From positions 2,172,001 to 2,236,000 of the forward strand of contig NC_086101.1 in the NCBI RefSeq assembly GCF_963921235.1: DNA of 64,000 nucleotides, read 5' to 3'. The translations under genes and the position numbers were made by a program. Source of the stretch: Mobula hypostoma (taxonomy: Eukaryota). The notes under the pieces were generated by a model. The model saw only the letters and a program-made list of their open reading frames with translations. It made no database searches and was not told where the DNA came from. Shown piece by piece: positions 48,919 through 61,429 of this stretch (the first letter of the stretch is position 1; every line of letters begins with the position of its first letter).

Positions 48919-51900
48919 CCTTGTACAGCAGGCAGTGCCCACCCTGTGCCCTCTGCTCCTTGTACAGCAGGCAGGCAGTGCCCACCCTGTGCCCTCTGCT
49001 CCTTGTACGGCAGGCAGTGCCCACCCCGTGCCCTCTGCTCCTTGTACGGCAGGCAGTGCCCACCCTGTGCCCCCTGCTCCTTGTACGGCAGGCAGTGCCC
49101 ACCCTGTGCCCTCTGCTCCTTGTACAGCAGGCAGTGCCCACCCTGTGCCCCCTGCTCCTTGTACGGCAGGCAGTGCCCACCCTGTGCCCTCTGCTCCTTG
49201 TACAGCAGGCAGTGCCCACCCTGTGCCCTCTGCTCCTTGTACGGCAGGCAGTGCCCACCCTGTGCCCTCTGCTCCTTGTACGGCAGGCAGTGCCCACCCT
49301 GTGCCCTCTGCTCCTTGTACGGCAGGCAGTGCCCACCCTGTGCCCTCTGCTCCTTGTACGGCAGGCAGTGCCCACCCTGTGCCCTCTGCTCCTTGTACGG
49401 CAGGCAGTGCCCACCCCGTGCCCTCTGCTCCTTGTACGGCAGGCAGTGCCCACCCCGTGCCCTCTGCTCCTTGTACGGCAGGCAGTGCCCACCCCGTGCC
49501 CCCTGCTCCTTGTACGGCAGGCAGTGCCCACCCTGTGCCCTCTGCTCCTTGTACGGCAGGCAGTGCCCACCCCGTGCCCTCTGCTCCTTGTACGGCAGGC
49601 AGTGCCCACCCTGTGCCCTCTGCTCCTTGTACGGCAGGCAGTGCCCACCCTGTGCCCCCTGCTCCTTGTACGGCAGGCAGTGCCCACCCTGTGCCCTCTG
49701 CTCCTTGTACCGCAGGCAGTGCCCACCCTGTGCCCTCTGCTCCTTGTACGGCAGGCAGTGCCCACCCTGCGCCCTCTGCTCCTTGTACGGCAGGCAGTGC
49801 CCACCCTGTGCCCTCTGCTCCTTGTACGGCAGGCAGTGCCCACCCCGTGCCCTCTGCTCCTTGTACGGCAGGCAGTGCCCACCCTGCGCCCTCTGCTCCT
49901 TGTACGGCAGGCAGTGCCCACCCTGTGCCCTCTGCTCCTTGTACGGCAGGCAGTGCCCACCCTGTGCCCTCTGCTCCTTGTACGGCAGGCAGTGCCCACC
50001 CTGTGCCCTCTGCTCCTTGTACGGCAGGCAGTGCCCACCCTGTGCCCTCTGCTCCTTGTACGGCAGGCAGTGCCCACCCCGTGCCCTCTGCTCCTTGTAC
50101 GGCAGGCAGTGCCCACCCTGTGCCCTCTGCTCCTTGTACGGCAGGCAGTGCCCACCCTGTGCCCTCTGCTCCTTGTACGGCAGGCAGTGCCCACCCCGTG
50201 CCCTCTGCTCCTTGTACGGCAGGCAGTGCCCACCCTGTGCCCTCTGCTCCTTGTACGGCAGGCAGTGCCCACCCTGTGCCCTCTGCTCCTTGTACCGCAG
50301 GCAGTGCCCACCCCGTGCCCTCTGCTCCTTGTACGGCAGGCAGTGCCCACCCCGTGCCCTCTGCTCCTTGTACGGCAGGCAGTGCCCACCCTGTGCCCTC
50401 TGCTCCTTGTACAGCAGGCAGTGCCCACCCTGTGCCCCCTGCTCCTTGTACCGCAGGCAGTGCCCACCCCGTGCCCCCTGCTCCTTGTACCGCAGGCAGT
50501 GCCCACCCTGTGCCCTCTGCTCCTTGTACGGCAGGCAGTGCCCACCCTGTGCCCTCTGCTCCTTGTACAGCAGGCAGTGCCCACCCTGTGCCCCCTGCTC
50601 CTTGTACGGCAGGCAGTGCCCACCCTGTGCCCTCTGCTCCTTCTACGGCAGGCAGTGCCCACCCTGTGCCCTCTGCTCCTTGTACGGCAGGCAGTGCCCA
50701 CCCTGCGCCCTCTGCTCCTTGTACGGCAGGCAGTGCCCACCCTGTGCCCTCTGCTCCTTGTACGGCAGGCAGTGCCCACCCTGTGCCCTCTGCTCCTTGT
50801 ACGGCAGGCAGTGCCCACCCTGTGCCCTCTGCTCCTTGTACGGCAGGCAGTGCCCACCCTGTGCCCTCTGCTCCTTGTACAGCAGGCAGTGCCCACCCCG
50901 TGCCCTCTGCTCCTTGTACGGCAGGCAGTGCCCACCCTGTGCCCTCTGCTCCTTGTACGGCAGGCAGTGCCCACCCTGTGCCCTCTGCTCCTTGTACGGC
51001 AGGCAGTGCCCACCCTGTGCCCTCTGCTCCTTGTACAGCAGGCAGTGCCCACCCCGTGCCCTCTGCTCCTTGTACGGCAGGCAGTGCCCACCCTGTGCCC
51101 TCTGCTCCTTGTACGGCAGGCAGTGCCCACCCTGTGCCCTCTGCTCCTTGTACGGCAGGCAGTGCCCACCCTGTGCCCTCTGCTCCTTGTACGGCAGGCA
51201 GTGCCCACCCTGTGCCCTCTGCTCCTTGTACGGCAGGCAGTGCCCACCCCGTGCCCTCTGCTCCTTGTACGGCAGGCAGTGCCCACCCTGTGCCCTCTGC
51301 TCCTTGTACGGCAGGCAGTGCCCACCCTATTACTCCTCTGCTCCTTGTACGGCAGGCAGTGCCCACCCTGTGCCCTCTGCTCCTTGTACGGCAGGCAGTG
51401 CCCACCCTGTGCCCTCTGCTCCTTGTACGGCAGGCAGTGCCCACCCTGTGCCCTCTGCTCCTTGTACCGCAGGCAGTGCCCACCCTGTGCCCTCTGCTCC
51501 TTGTACGGCAGGCAGTGCCCACCCTGTGCCCTCTGCTCCTTGTACGGCAGGCAGTGCCCACCCTGTGCCCTCTGCTCCTTGTACAGCAGGCAGTGCCCAC
51601 CCTGTGCCCTCTGCTCCTTGTACCGCAGGCAGTGCCCACCCTGTGCCCTCTGCTCCTTGTACGGCAGGCAGTGCCCACCCTGTGCCCTCTGCTCCTTGTA
51701 CGGCAGGCAGTGCCCACCCTGTGCCCTCTGCTCCTTGTACCGCAGGCAGTGCCCACCCTGTGCCCCCTGCTCCTTGTACCGCAGGCAGTGCCCACCCTGT
51801 GCCCTCTGCTCCTTGTACGGCAGGCAGTGCCCACCCCGTGCCCCCTGCTCCTTGTACGGCAGGCAGTGCCCACCCCGTGCCCCCTGCTCCTTGTACCGCA

Positions 51901-54900
51901 GGCAGTGCCCACCCTGTGCCCTCTGCTCCTTGTACGGCAGGCAGTGCCCACCCTGTGCCCTCTGCTCCTTGTACGGCAGGCAGTGCCCACCCTGTGCCCT
52001 CTGCTCCTTGTACGGCAGGCAGTGCCCACCCTGTGCCCTCTGCTCCTTGTACGGCAGGCAGTGCCCACCCTGTGCCCCCTGCTCCTTGTACGGCAGGCAG
52101 TGCCCACCCTGTGCCCTCTGCTCCTTGTACAGCAGGCAGTGCCCACCCTGTGCCCTCTGCTCCTTGTACGGCAGGCAGTGCCCACCCTGTGCCCTCTGCT
52201 CCTTGTACGGCAGGCAGTGCCCACCCTGTGCCCTCTGCTCCTTGTACGGCAGGCAGTGCCCACCCTGTGCCCTCTGCTCCTTGTACGGCAGGCAGTGCCC
52301 ACGCTGTGCCCTCTGCTCCTTGTACCGCAGGCAGTGCCCACCCTGTGCCCTCTGCTCCTTGTACAGCAGGCAGTGCCCACCCTGTGCCCTCTGCTCCTTG
52401 TACGGCAGGCAGTGCCCACCCTGTGCCCTCTGCTCCTTGTACGGCAGGCAGTGCCCACCCTGTGCCCCCTGCTCCTTGTACGGCAGGCAGTGCCCACCCC
52501 GTGCCCTCTGCTCCTTGTACGGCAGGCAGTGCCCACCCTGTGCCCTCTGCTCCTTGTACGGCAGGCAGTGCCCACCCTGTGCCCTCTGCTCCTTGTACGG
52601 CAGGCAGTGCCCACCCTGTGCCCCCTGCTCCTTGTACGGCAGGCAGTGCCCACCCTGTGCCCCCTGCTCCTTGTACGGCAGGCAGTGCCCACCCTGTGCC
52701 CTCTGCTCCTTGTACGGCAGGCAGTGCCCACCCTGTGCCCTCTGCTCCTTGTACGGCAGGCAGTGCCCACCCTGTGCCCCCTGCTCCTTGTACGGCAGGC
52801 AGTGCCCACCCTGTGCCCCCTGCTCCTTGTACGGCAGGCAGTGCCCACCCTGTGCCCTCTGCTCCTTGTACGGCAGGCAGTGCCCACCCTGTGCCCTCTG
52901 CTCCTTGTACGGCAGGCAGTGCCCACCCCGTGCCCTCTGCTCCTTGTACGGCAGGCAGTGCCCACCCCGTGCCCCCTGCTCCTTGTACGGCAGGCAGTGC
53001 CCACCCCGTGCCCTCTGCTCCTTGTACCGCAGGCAGTGCCCACCCCGTGCCCCCTGCTCCTTGTACCGCAGGCAGTGCCCACCCCGTGCCCTCTGCTCCT
53101 TGTACGGCAGGCAGTGCCCACCCTGTGCCCTCTGCTCCTTGTACGGCAGGCAGTGCCCACCCCGTGCCCTCTGCTCCTTGTACAGCAGGCAGTGCCCACC
53201 CCGTGCCCTCTGCTCCTTGTACGGCAGGCAGTGCCCACCCTGTGCCCTCTGCTCCTTGTACGGCAGGCAGTGCCCACCCTGTGCCCTCTGCTCCTTGTAC
53301 GGCAGGCAGTGCCCACCCCGTGCCCTCTGCTCCTTGTACAGCAGGCAGTGCCCACCCTGTGCCCTCTGCTCCTTGTACGGCAGGCAGTGCCCACCCTGTG
53401 CCCTCTGCTCCTTGTACGGCAGGCAGTGCCCACCCTGTGCCCTCTGCTCCTTGTACGGCAGGCAGTGCCCACCCTGTGCCCTCTGCTCCTTGTACGGCAG
53501 GCAGTGCCCACCCCGTGCCCTCTGCTCCTTGTACGGCAGGCAGTGCCCACCCTGTGCCCCCTGCTCCTTGTACGGCAGGCAGTGCCCACCCCGTGCCCTC
53601 TGCTCCTTGTACAGCAGGCAGTGCCCACCCTGTGCCCCCTGCTCCTTGTACGGCAGGCAGTGCCCACCCCGTGCCCTCTGCTCCTTGTACAGCAGGCAGT
53701 GCCCACCCTGTGCCCCCTGCTCCTTGTACGGCAGGCAGTGCCCACCCTGTGCCCTCTGCTCCTTGTACAGCAGGCAGTGCCCACCCTGTGCCCTCTGCTC
53801 CTTGTACGGCAGGCAGTGCCCACCCTGTGCCCTCTGCTCCTTGTACCGCAGGCAGTGCCCACCCCTATTACTCCTCTGCTCCTTGTACAGCAGGCAGTGC
53901 CCACCCTGTGCCCTCTGCTCCTTGTACCGCAGGCAGTGCCCACCCTGTGCCCTCTGCTCCTTGTACGGCAGGCAGTGCCCACCATGTGCCCTCTGCTCCT
54001 TGTACGGCAGGCAGTGCCCACCCTGTGCCCCCTGCTCCTTGTACGGCAGGCAGTGCCCACCCTGTGCCCTCTGCTCCTTGTACCGCAGGCAGTGCCCACC
54101 CCGTGCCCTCTGCTCCTTGTACGGCAGGCAGTGCCCACCCTGTGCCCTCTGCTCCTTGTACGGCAGGCAGTGCCCACCCTGTGCCCTCTGCTCCTTGTAC
54201 AGCAGGCAGTGCCCACCCTGTGCCCTCTGCTCCTTGTACGGCAGGCAGTGCCCACCCTGTGCCCTCTGCTCCTTGTACGGCAGGCAGTGCCCACCCTGTG
54301 CCCTCTGCTCCTTGTACGGCAGGCAGTGCCCACCCTGTGCCCTCTGCTCCTTGTACGGCAGGCAGTGCCCACCCTGTGCCCTCTGCACCTTGTACGGCAG
54401 GCAGTGCCCACCCTGTGCCCTCTGCTCCTTGTACGGCAGGCAGTGCCCACCCTGTGCCCCCTGCTCCTTGTACGGCAGGCAGTGCCCACCCTGTGCCCTC
54501 TGCTCCTTGTACCGCAGGCAGTGCCCACCCTGTGCCCTCTGCTCCTTGTACGGCAGGCAGTGCCCACCCTGTGCCCTCTGCTCCTTGTACGGCAGGCAGT
54601 GCCCACCCTGTGCCCTCTGCTCCTTGTACGGCAGGCAGTGCCCACCCTGTGCCCTCTGCTCCTTGTACCGCAGGCAGTGCCCACCCTGTGCCCTCTGCTC
54701 CTTGTACGGCAGGCAGTGCCCACCCTGTGCCCTCTGCTCCTTGTACGGCAGGCAGTGCCCACCCTGTGCCCTCTGCTCCTTGTACCGCAGGCAGTGCCCA
54801 CCCTGTGCCCTCTGCTCCTTGTACGGCAGGCAGTGCCCACCCTGTGCCCTCTGCTCCTTGTACGGCAGGCAGTGCCCACCCTGTGCCCTCTGCTCCTTGT

Positions 54901-57900
54901 ACGGCAGGCAGTGCCCACCCTGTGCCCCCTGCTCCTTGTACGGCAGGCAGTGCCCACCCTGTGCCCTCTGCTCCTTGTACGGCAGGCAGTGCCCACCCTG
55001 TGCCCCCTGCTCCTTGTACGGCAGGCAGTGCCCACCCTGTGCCCTCTGCTCCTTGTACGGCAGGCAGTGCCCACCCTGTGCCCCCTGCTCCTTGTACGGC
55101 AGGCAGTGCCCACCCTGTGCCCCCTGCTCCTTGTACGGCAGGCAGTGCCCACCCCGTGCCCCCTGCTCCTTGTACGGCAGGCAGTGCCCACCCTGTGCCC
55201 TCTGCTCCTTGTACACCACCCTGTGCCCTCTGCTCCTTGTACGGCAGGCAGTGCCCACCCTGTGCCCTCTGCTCCTTGTACGGCAGGCAGTGCCCACCCT
55301 GTGCCCCCTGCTCCTTGTACGGCAGGCAGTGCCCACCCTGTGCCCTCTGCTCCTTGTACGGCAGGCAGTGCCCACCCTGTGCCCCCTGCTCCTTGTACGG
55401 CAGGCAGTGCCCACCCTGTGCCCTCTGCTCCTTGTACGGCAGGCAGTGCCCACCCTGTGCCCCCTGCTCCTTGTACGGCAGGCAGTGCCCACCCTGTGCC
55501 CTCTGCTCCTTGTACGGCAGGCAGTGCCCACCCTGTGCCCCCTGCTCCTTGTACGGCAGGCAGTGCCCACCCTGTGCCCTCTGCTCCTTGTACGGCAGGC
55601 AGTGCCCACCCTGTGCCCCCTGCTCCTTGTACGGCAGGCAGTGCCCACCCTGTGCCCTCTGCTCCTTGTACAGCAGGCAGTGCCCACCCTGTGCCCTCTG
55701 CTCCTTGTACAGCAGGCAGTGCCCACCCCGTGCCCTCTGCTCCTTGTACGGCAGGCAGTGCCCACCCTGTGCCCTCTGCTCCTTGTACGGCAGGCAGTGC
55801 CCACCCTGTGCCCCCTGCTCCTTGTACGGCAGGCAGTGCCCACCCTGTGCCCTCTGCTCCTTGTACACCACCCTGTGCCCTCTGCTCCTTGTACGGCAGG
55901 CAGTGCCCACCCTGTGCCCTCTGCTCCTTGTACGGCAGGCAGTGCCCACCCTGTGCCCTCTGCTCCTTGTACGGCAGGCAGTGCCCACCCTGTGCCCTCT
56001 GCTCCTTGTACGGCAGGCAGTGCCCACCCCGTGCCCCCTGCTCCTTGTACGGCAGGCAGTGCCCACCCTGTGCCCCCTGCTCCTTGTACGGCAGGCAGTG
56101 CCCACCCTGTGCCCTCTGCTCCTTGTACGGCAGGCAGTGCCCACCCCGTGCCCTCTGCTCCTTGTACGGCAGGCAGTGCCCACCCCGTGCCCTCTGCTCC
56201 TTGTACGGCAGGCAGTGCCCACCCCGTGCCCTCTGCTCCTTGTACGGCAGGCAGTGCCCACCCTGTGCCCTCTGCTCCTTGTACGGCAGGCAGTGCCCAC
56301 CCTGTGCCCTCTGCTCCTTGTACGGCAGGCAGTGCCCACCCTGTGCCCTCTGCTCCTTGTACGGCAGGCAGTGCCCACCCTGTGCCCTCTGCTCCTTGTA
56401 CGGCAGGCAGTGCCCACCCTGTGCCCTCTGCTCCTTGTACGGCAGGCAGTGCCCACCCTGTGCCCTCTGCTCCTTGTACGGCAGGCAGTGCCCACCCTGT
56501 GCCCTCTGCTCCTTGTACGGCAGGCAGTCTGCTCCTTGTACGGCAGGCAGTGCCCACCCTGTGCCCTCTGCTCCTTGTACGGCAGGCAGTGCCCACCCTG
56601 TGCCCTCTGCTCCTTGTACGGCAGGCAGTGCCCACCCTGTGCCCTCTGCTCCTTGTACGGCAGGCAGTGCCCACCCTGTGCCCTCTGCTCCTTGTACGGC
56701 AGGCAGTGCCCACCCTGTGCCCCTCTGCTCCTTGTACGGCAGGCAGTGCCCACCCTGTGCCCTCTGCTCCTTGTACGGCAGGCAGTGCCCACCCTGTGCC
56801 CTCTGCTCCTTGTACGGCAGGCAGTGCCCACCCTGTGCCCTCTGCTCCTTGTACGGCAGGCAGTGCCCACCCTGTGCCCTCTGCTCCTTGTACGGCAGGC
56901 AGTGCCCACCCTGTGCCCTCTGCTCCTTGTACGGCAGGCAGTGCCCACCCTGTGCCCTCTGCTCCTTGTACGGCAGGCAGTGCCCACCCTGTGCCCTCTG
57001 CTCCTTGTACGGCAGGCAGTGCCCACCCTGTGCCCTCTGCTCCTTGTACGGCAGGCAGTGCCCACCCTGTGCCCTCTGCTCCTTGTACGGCAGGCAGTGC
57101 CCACCCTGTGCCCTCTGCTCCTTGTACGGCAGGCAGTGCCCACCCTGTGCCCTCTGCTCCTTGTACGGCAGGCAGTGCCCACCCTGTGCCCTCTGCTCCT
57201 TGTACGGCAGGCAGTGCCCACCCTGTGCCCTCTGCTCCTTGTACGGCAGGCAGTGCCCACCCTGTGCCCTCTGCTCCTTGTACGGCAGGCAGTGCCCACC
57301 CTGTGCCCTCTGCTCCTTGTACGGCAGGCAGTGCCCACCCTGTGCCCTCTGCTCCTTGTACGGCAGGCAGTGCCCACCCTGTGCCCTCTGCTCCTTGTAC
57401 GGCAGGCAGTGCCCACCCTGTGCCCTCTGCTCCTTGTACGGCAGGCAGTGCCCACCCTGTGCCCTCTGCTCCTTGTACGGCAGGCAGTGCCCACCCTGTG
57501 CCCTCTGCTCCTTGTACGGCAGGCAGTGCCCACCCTGTGCCCTCTGCTCCTTGTACGGCAGGCAGTGCCCACCCTGTGCCCTCTGCTCCTTGTACGGCAG
57601 GCAGTGCCCACCCTGTGCCCTCTGCTCCTTGTACGGCAGGCAGTGCCCACCCTGTGCCCTCTGCTCCTTGTACGGCAGGCAGTGCCCACCCTGTGCCCTC
57701 TGCTCCTTGTACGGCAGGCAGTGCCCACCCTGTGCCCTCTGCTCCTTGTACGGCAGGCAGTGCCCACCCTGTGCCCTCTGCTCCTTGTACGGCAGGCAGT
57801 GCCCACCCTGTGCCCTCTGCTCCTTGTACGGCAGGCAGTGCCCACCCTGTGCCCTCTGCTCCTTGTACCGCAGGCAGTGCCCACCCTGTGCCCTCTGCTC

Positions 57901-58200
57901 CTTGTACCGCAGGCAGTGCCCACCCCGTGCCCTCTGCTCCTTGTACCGCAGGCAGTGCCCACCCCGTGCCCTCTGCTCCTTGTACCGCAGGCAGTGCCCA
58001 CCCCGTGCCCTCTGCTCCTTGTACCGCAGGCAGTGCCCACCCCGTGCCCTCTGCTCCTTGTACCGCAGGCAGTGCCCACCCCGTGCCCTCTGCTCCTTGT
58101 ACGGCAGGCAGTGCCCACCCCGTGCCCTCTGCTCCTTGTACGGCAGGCAGTGCCCACCCCGTGCCCTCTGCTCCTTGTACACGAGGCAGTGCCCACCCTG
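48919..58200. repeat. Giant minisatellite, 39-bp unit CCTTGTACGGCAGGCAGTGCCCACCCTGTGCCCTCTGCT, about 238 copies
   Basis: 13-aa periodicity in all six frames; consensus unit has no stop codon. Confidence 0.98.
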
Positions 58201-60869
58201 CTGAAAATGAGTTACTAAATTTGACCAGGATGACAGGAGATTAATTTGTGAAGAAGGTATAAGGAAATGAGACTGCCCCTGCTGAAAATGAGTTACTAAA
58301 TTTGACCAGGATGACAGGAGATTAATTTGTGAAGAAGGTATAAGGAAATGAGACTGCCCCTGCTGAAAATGAGTTACTAAATTTGACCAGGATGACAGGA
58401 GATTAATTTGTGAAGAAGGTATAAGGAAATGAGACTGCCCCTGCTGAAAATGAGTTACTAAATTTGACCAAGATGACAGGAGATTAATTTGTGAAGAAGG
58501 TATAAGGAAATGAGACTGCCCCTGCTGAAAATGAGTTACTAAATTTGACCAGGATGACAGGAGATTAATTTGTGAAGAAGGTATAAGGAAATGAGACTGC
58601 CCCTGCTGAAAATGAGTTACTAAATTTGACCAGGATGACAGGAGATTAATTTGTGAAGAAGGTATAAGGAAATGAGACTGCCCCTGCTGAAAATGAGTTA
58701 CTAAATTTGACCAGGATGACAGGAGATTAATTTGTGAAGAAGGTATAAGGAAATGAGACTGCCCCTGCTGAAAATGAGTTACTAAATTTGACCAGGATGA
58801 CAGGAGATTAATTTGTGAAGAAGGTATAAGGAAATGAGACTGCCCCTGCTGAAAATGAGTTACTAAATTTGACCAGGATGACAGGAGATTAATTTGTGAA
58901 GAAGGTATAAGGAAATGAGACTGCCCCTGCTGAAAATGAGTTACTAAATTTGACCAAGATGACAGGAGATTAATTTGTGAAGAAGGTATAAGGAAATGAG
59001 ACTGCCCCTGCTGAAAATGAGTTACTAAATTTGACCAGGATGACAGGAGATTAATTTGTGAAGAAGGTATAAGGAAATGAGACTGCCCCTGCTGAAAATG
59101 AGTTACTAAATTTGACCAGGATGACAGGAGATTAATTTGTGAAGAAGGTATAAGGAAATGAGACTGCCCCTGCTGAAAATGAGTTACTAAATTTGACCAG
59201 GATGACAGGAGATTAATTTGTGAAGAAGGTATAAGGAAATGAGACTGCCCCTGCTGAAAATGAGTTACTAAATTTGACCAAGATGACAGGAGATTAATTT
59301 GTGAAGAAGGTATAAGGAAATGAGACTGCCCCTGCTGAAAATGAGTTACTAAATTTGACCAGGATGACAGGAGATTAATTTGTGAAGAAGGTATAAGGAA
59401 ATGAGACTGCCCCTGCTGAAAATGAGTTACTAAATTTGACCAGGATGACAGGAGATTAATTTGTGAAGAAGGTATAAGGAAATGAGACTGCCCCTGCTGA
59501 AAATGAGTTACTAAATTTGACCAGGATGACAGGAGATTAATTTGTGAAGAAGGTATAAGGAAATGAGACTGCCCCTGCTGAAAATGAGTTACTAAATTTG
59601 ACCAGGATGACAGGAGATTAATTTGTGAAGAAGGTATAAGGAAATGAGACTGCCCCTGCTGAAAATGAGTTACTAAATTTGACCAGGATGACAGGAGATT
59701 AATTTGTGAAGAAGGTATAAGGAAATGAGACTGCCCCTGCTGAAAATGAGTTACTAAATTTGACCAGGATGACAGGAGATTAATTTGTGAAGAAGGTATA
59801 AGGAAATGAGACTGCCCCTGCTGAAAATGAGTTACTAAATTTGACCAGGATGACAGGAGATTAATTTGTGAAGAAGGTATAAGGAAATGAGACTGCCCCT
59901 GCTGAAAATGAGTTACTAAATTTGACCAAGATGACAGGAGATTAATTTGTGAAGAAGGTATAAGGAAATGAGACTGCCCCTGCTGAAAATGAGTTACTAA
60001 ATTTGACCAGGATGACAGGAGATTAATTTGTGAAGAAGGTATAAGGAAATGAGACTGCCCCTGCTGAAAATGAGTTACTAAATTTGACCAGGATGACAGG
60101 AGATTAATTTGTGAAGAAGGTATAAGGAAATGAGACTGCCCCTGCTGAAAATGAGTTACTAAATTTGACCAGGATGACAGGAGATTAATTTGTGAAGAAG
60201 GTATAAGGAAATGAGACTGCCCCTGCTGAAAATGAGTTACTAAATTTGACCAGGATGACAGGAGATTAATTTGTGAAGAAGGTATAAGGAAATGAGACTG
60301 CCCCTGCTGAAAATGAGTTACTAAATTTGACCAGGATGACAGGAGATTAATTTGTGAAGAAGGTATAAGGAAATGAGACTGCCCCTGCTGAAAATGAGTT
60401 ACTAAATTTGACCAGGATGACAGGAGATTAATTTGTGAAGAAGGTATAAGGAAATGAGACTGCCCCTGCTGAAAATGAGTTACTAAATTTGACCAGGATG
60501 ACAGGAGATTAATTTGTGAAGAAGGTATAAGGGAAATGAGACTGCCCCTGCTGAAAATGAGTTACTAAATTTGACCAAGATGACAGGAGATTAATTTGTG
60601 AAGAAGGTATAAGGAAATGAGACTGCCCCTGCTGAAAATGAGTTACTAAATTTGACCAGGATGACAGGAGATTAATTTGTGAAGAAGGTATAAGGAAATG
60701 AGACTGCCCCTGCTGAAAATGAGTTACTAAATTTGACCAAGATGACAGGAGATTAATTTGTGAAGAAGGTATAAGGAAATGAGACTGCCCCTGCTGAAAA
60801 TGAGTTACTAAATTTGACCAGGATGACAGGAGATTAATTTGTGAAGAAGGTATAAGGAAATGAGACTGC
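58201..60869. repeat. Highly homogeneous satellite, 81-bp unit, about 33 copies
   Basis: CTGAAAATGAGTTACTAAATTTGACCAGGATGACAGGAGATTAATTTGTGAAGAAGGTATAAGGAAATGAGACTGCCCCTG; I saw only a recurrent G>A variant and one 1-bp insertion (~60531). Confidence 0.98.
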
Positions 60870-61207
60870 ACGGCCTTGCAAAAGGGAGTATTGTTCTGTG
60901 AACTGAGAGATCGCTAAGGAACCCGGGAATTCTGGAGCACCGCGGGAAAGGTGGAAATGAAGGTTACAGTATTCGGAAACAAATACTTGCGAATGGTTGG
61001 GTATTAGTGAGAGCTCATTCTGAGTCCTGTATTCAACACTAATCTTATTAACATCCTTGCTTAACTAACATATGATTAGCGGATTATTCGGCCCCCGGGG
61101 TCAGCAGAGTGTCCAGATGGGGGAGGGTAGAGATGTCTGGGTTTGGATCCCAGTCTGCACTGATGTGGCTGGGTATCAGTATTGGGACAAATGTCGAGGC
61201 CAAGTCA

Positions 61208-61342
61208 CTGACAAACGAGAAAATCTGCAGATACTGGAAATCCAAAGCAACACACACAAAATGCTGGAGGAACTCGGCAGCTCAGGTAGCATCTGCAGAA
61301 GAGTAAACAGTCGATGTTTAGGGTTGAGACCCTTCTTCAAGG
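61208..61342 (-). mobile_element. Penelope-like pLTR remnant with degenerate hammerhead
   Basis: aaatctgcagatactggaaatcc...cacaaaatgctggaggaactc...cagtcgatgtttagggttgagacccttcttcaagg. Confidence 0.7.
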
Positions 61343-61429
61343 CAAGTTATCGAGTATATTTAAAGCAGAGGTTGATTGGTTCTTGATCACTGAAGGTGTC
61401 AAAGGAGAATGGGATTGAGAGGGATAATA

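Noticed and set aside
48921..58244. Three ~3,100-aa plus-strand ORFs as Cys/Pro-rich proteins
   Set aside because: The 39-bp unit has no stop in any frame, so all frames are open. Indels swap the peptides, starts are TTG/GTG inside the repeat, and the ORFs lie past the KIFC1 poly(A) signal.
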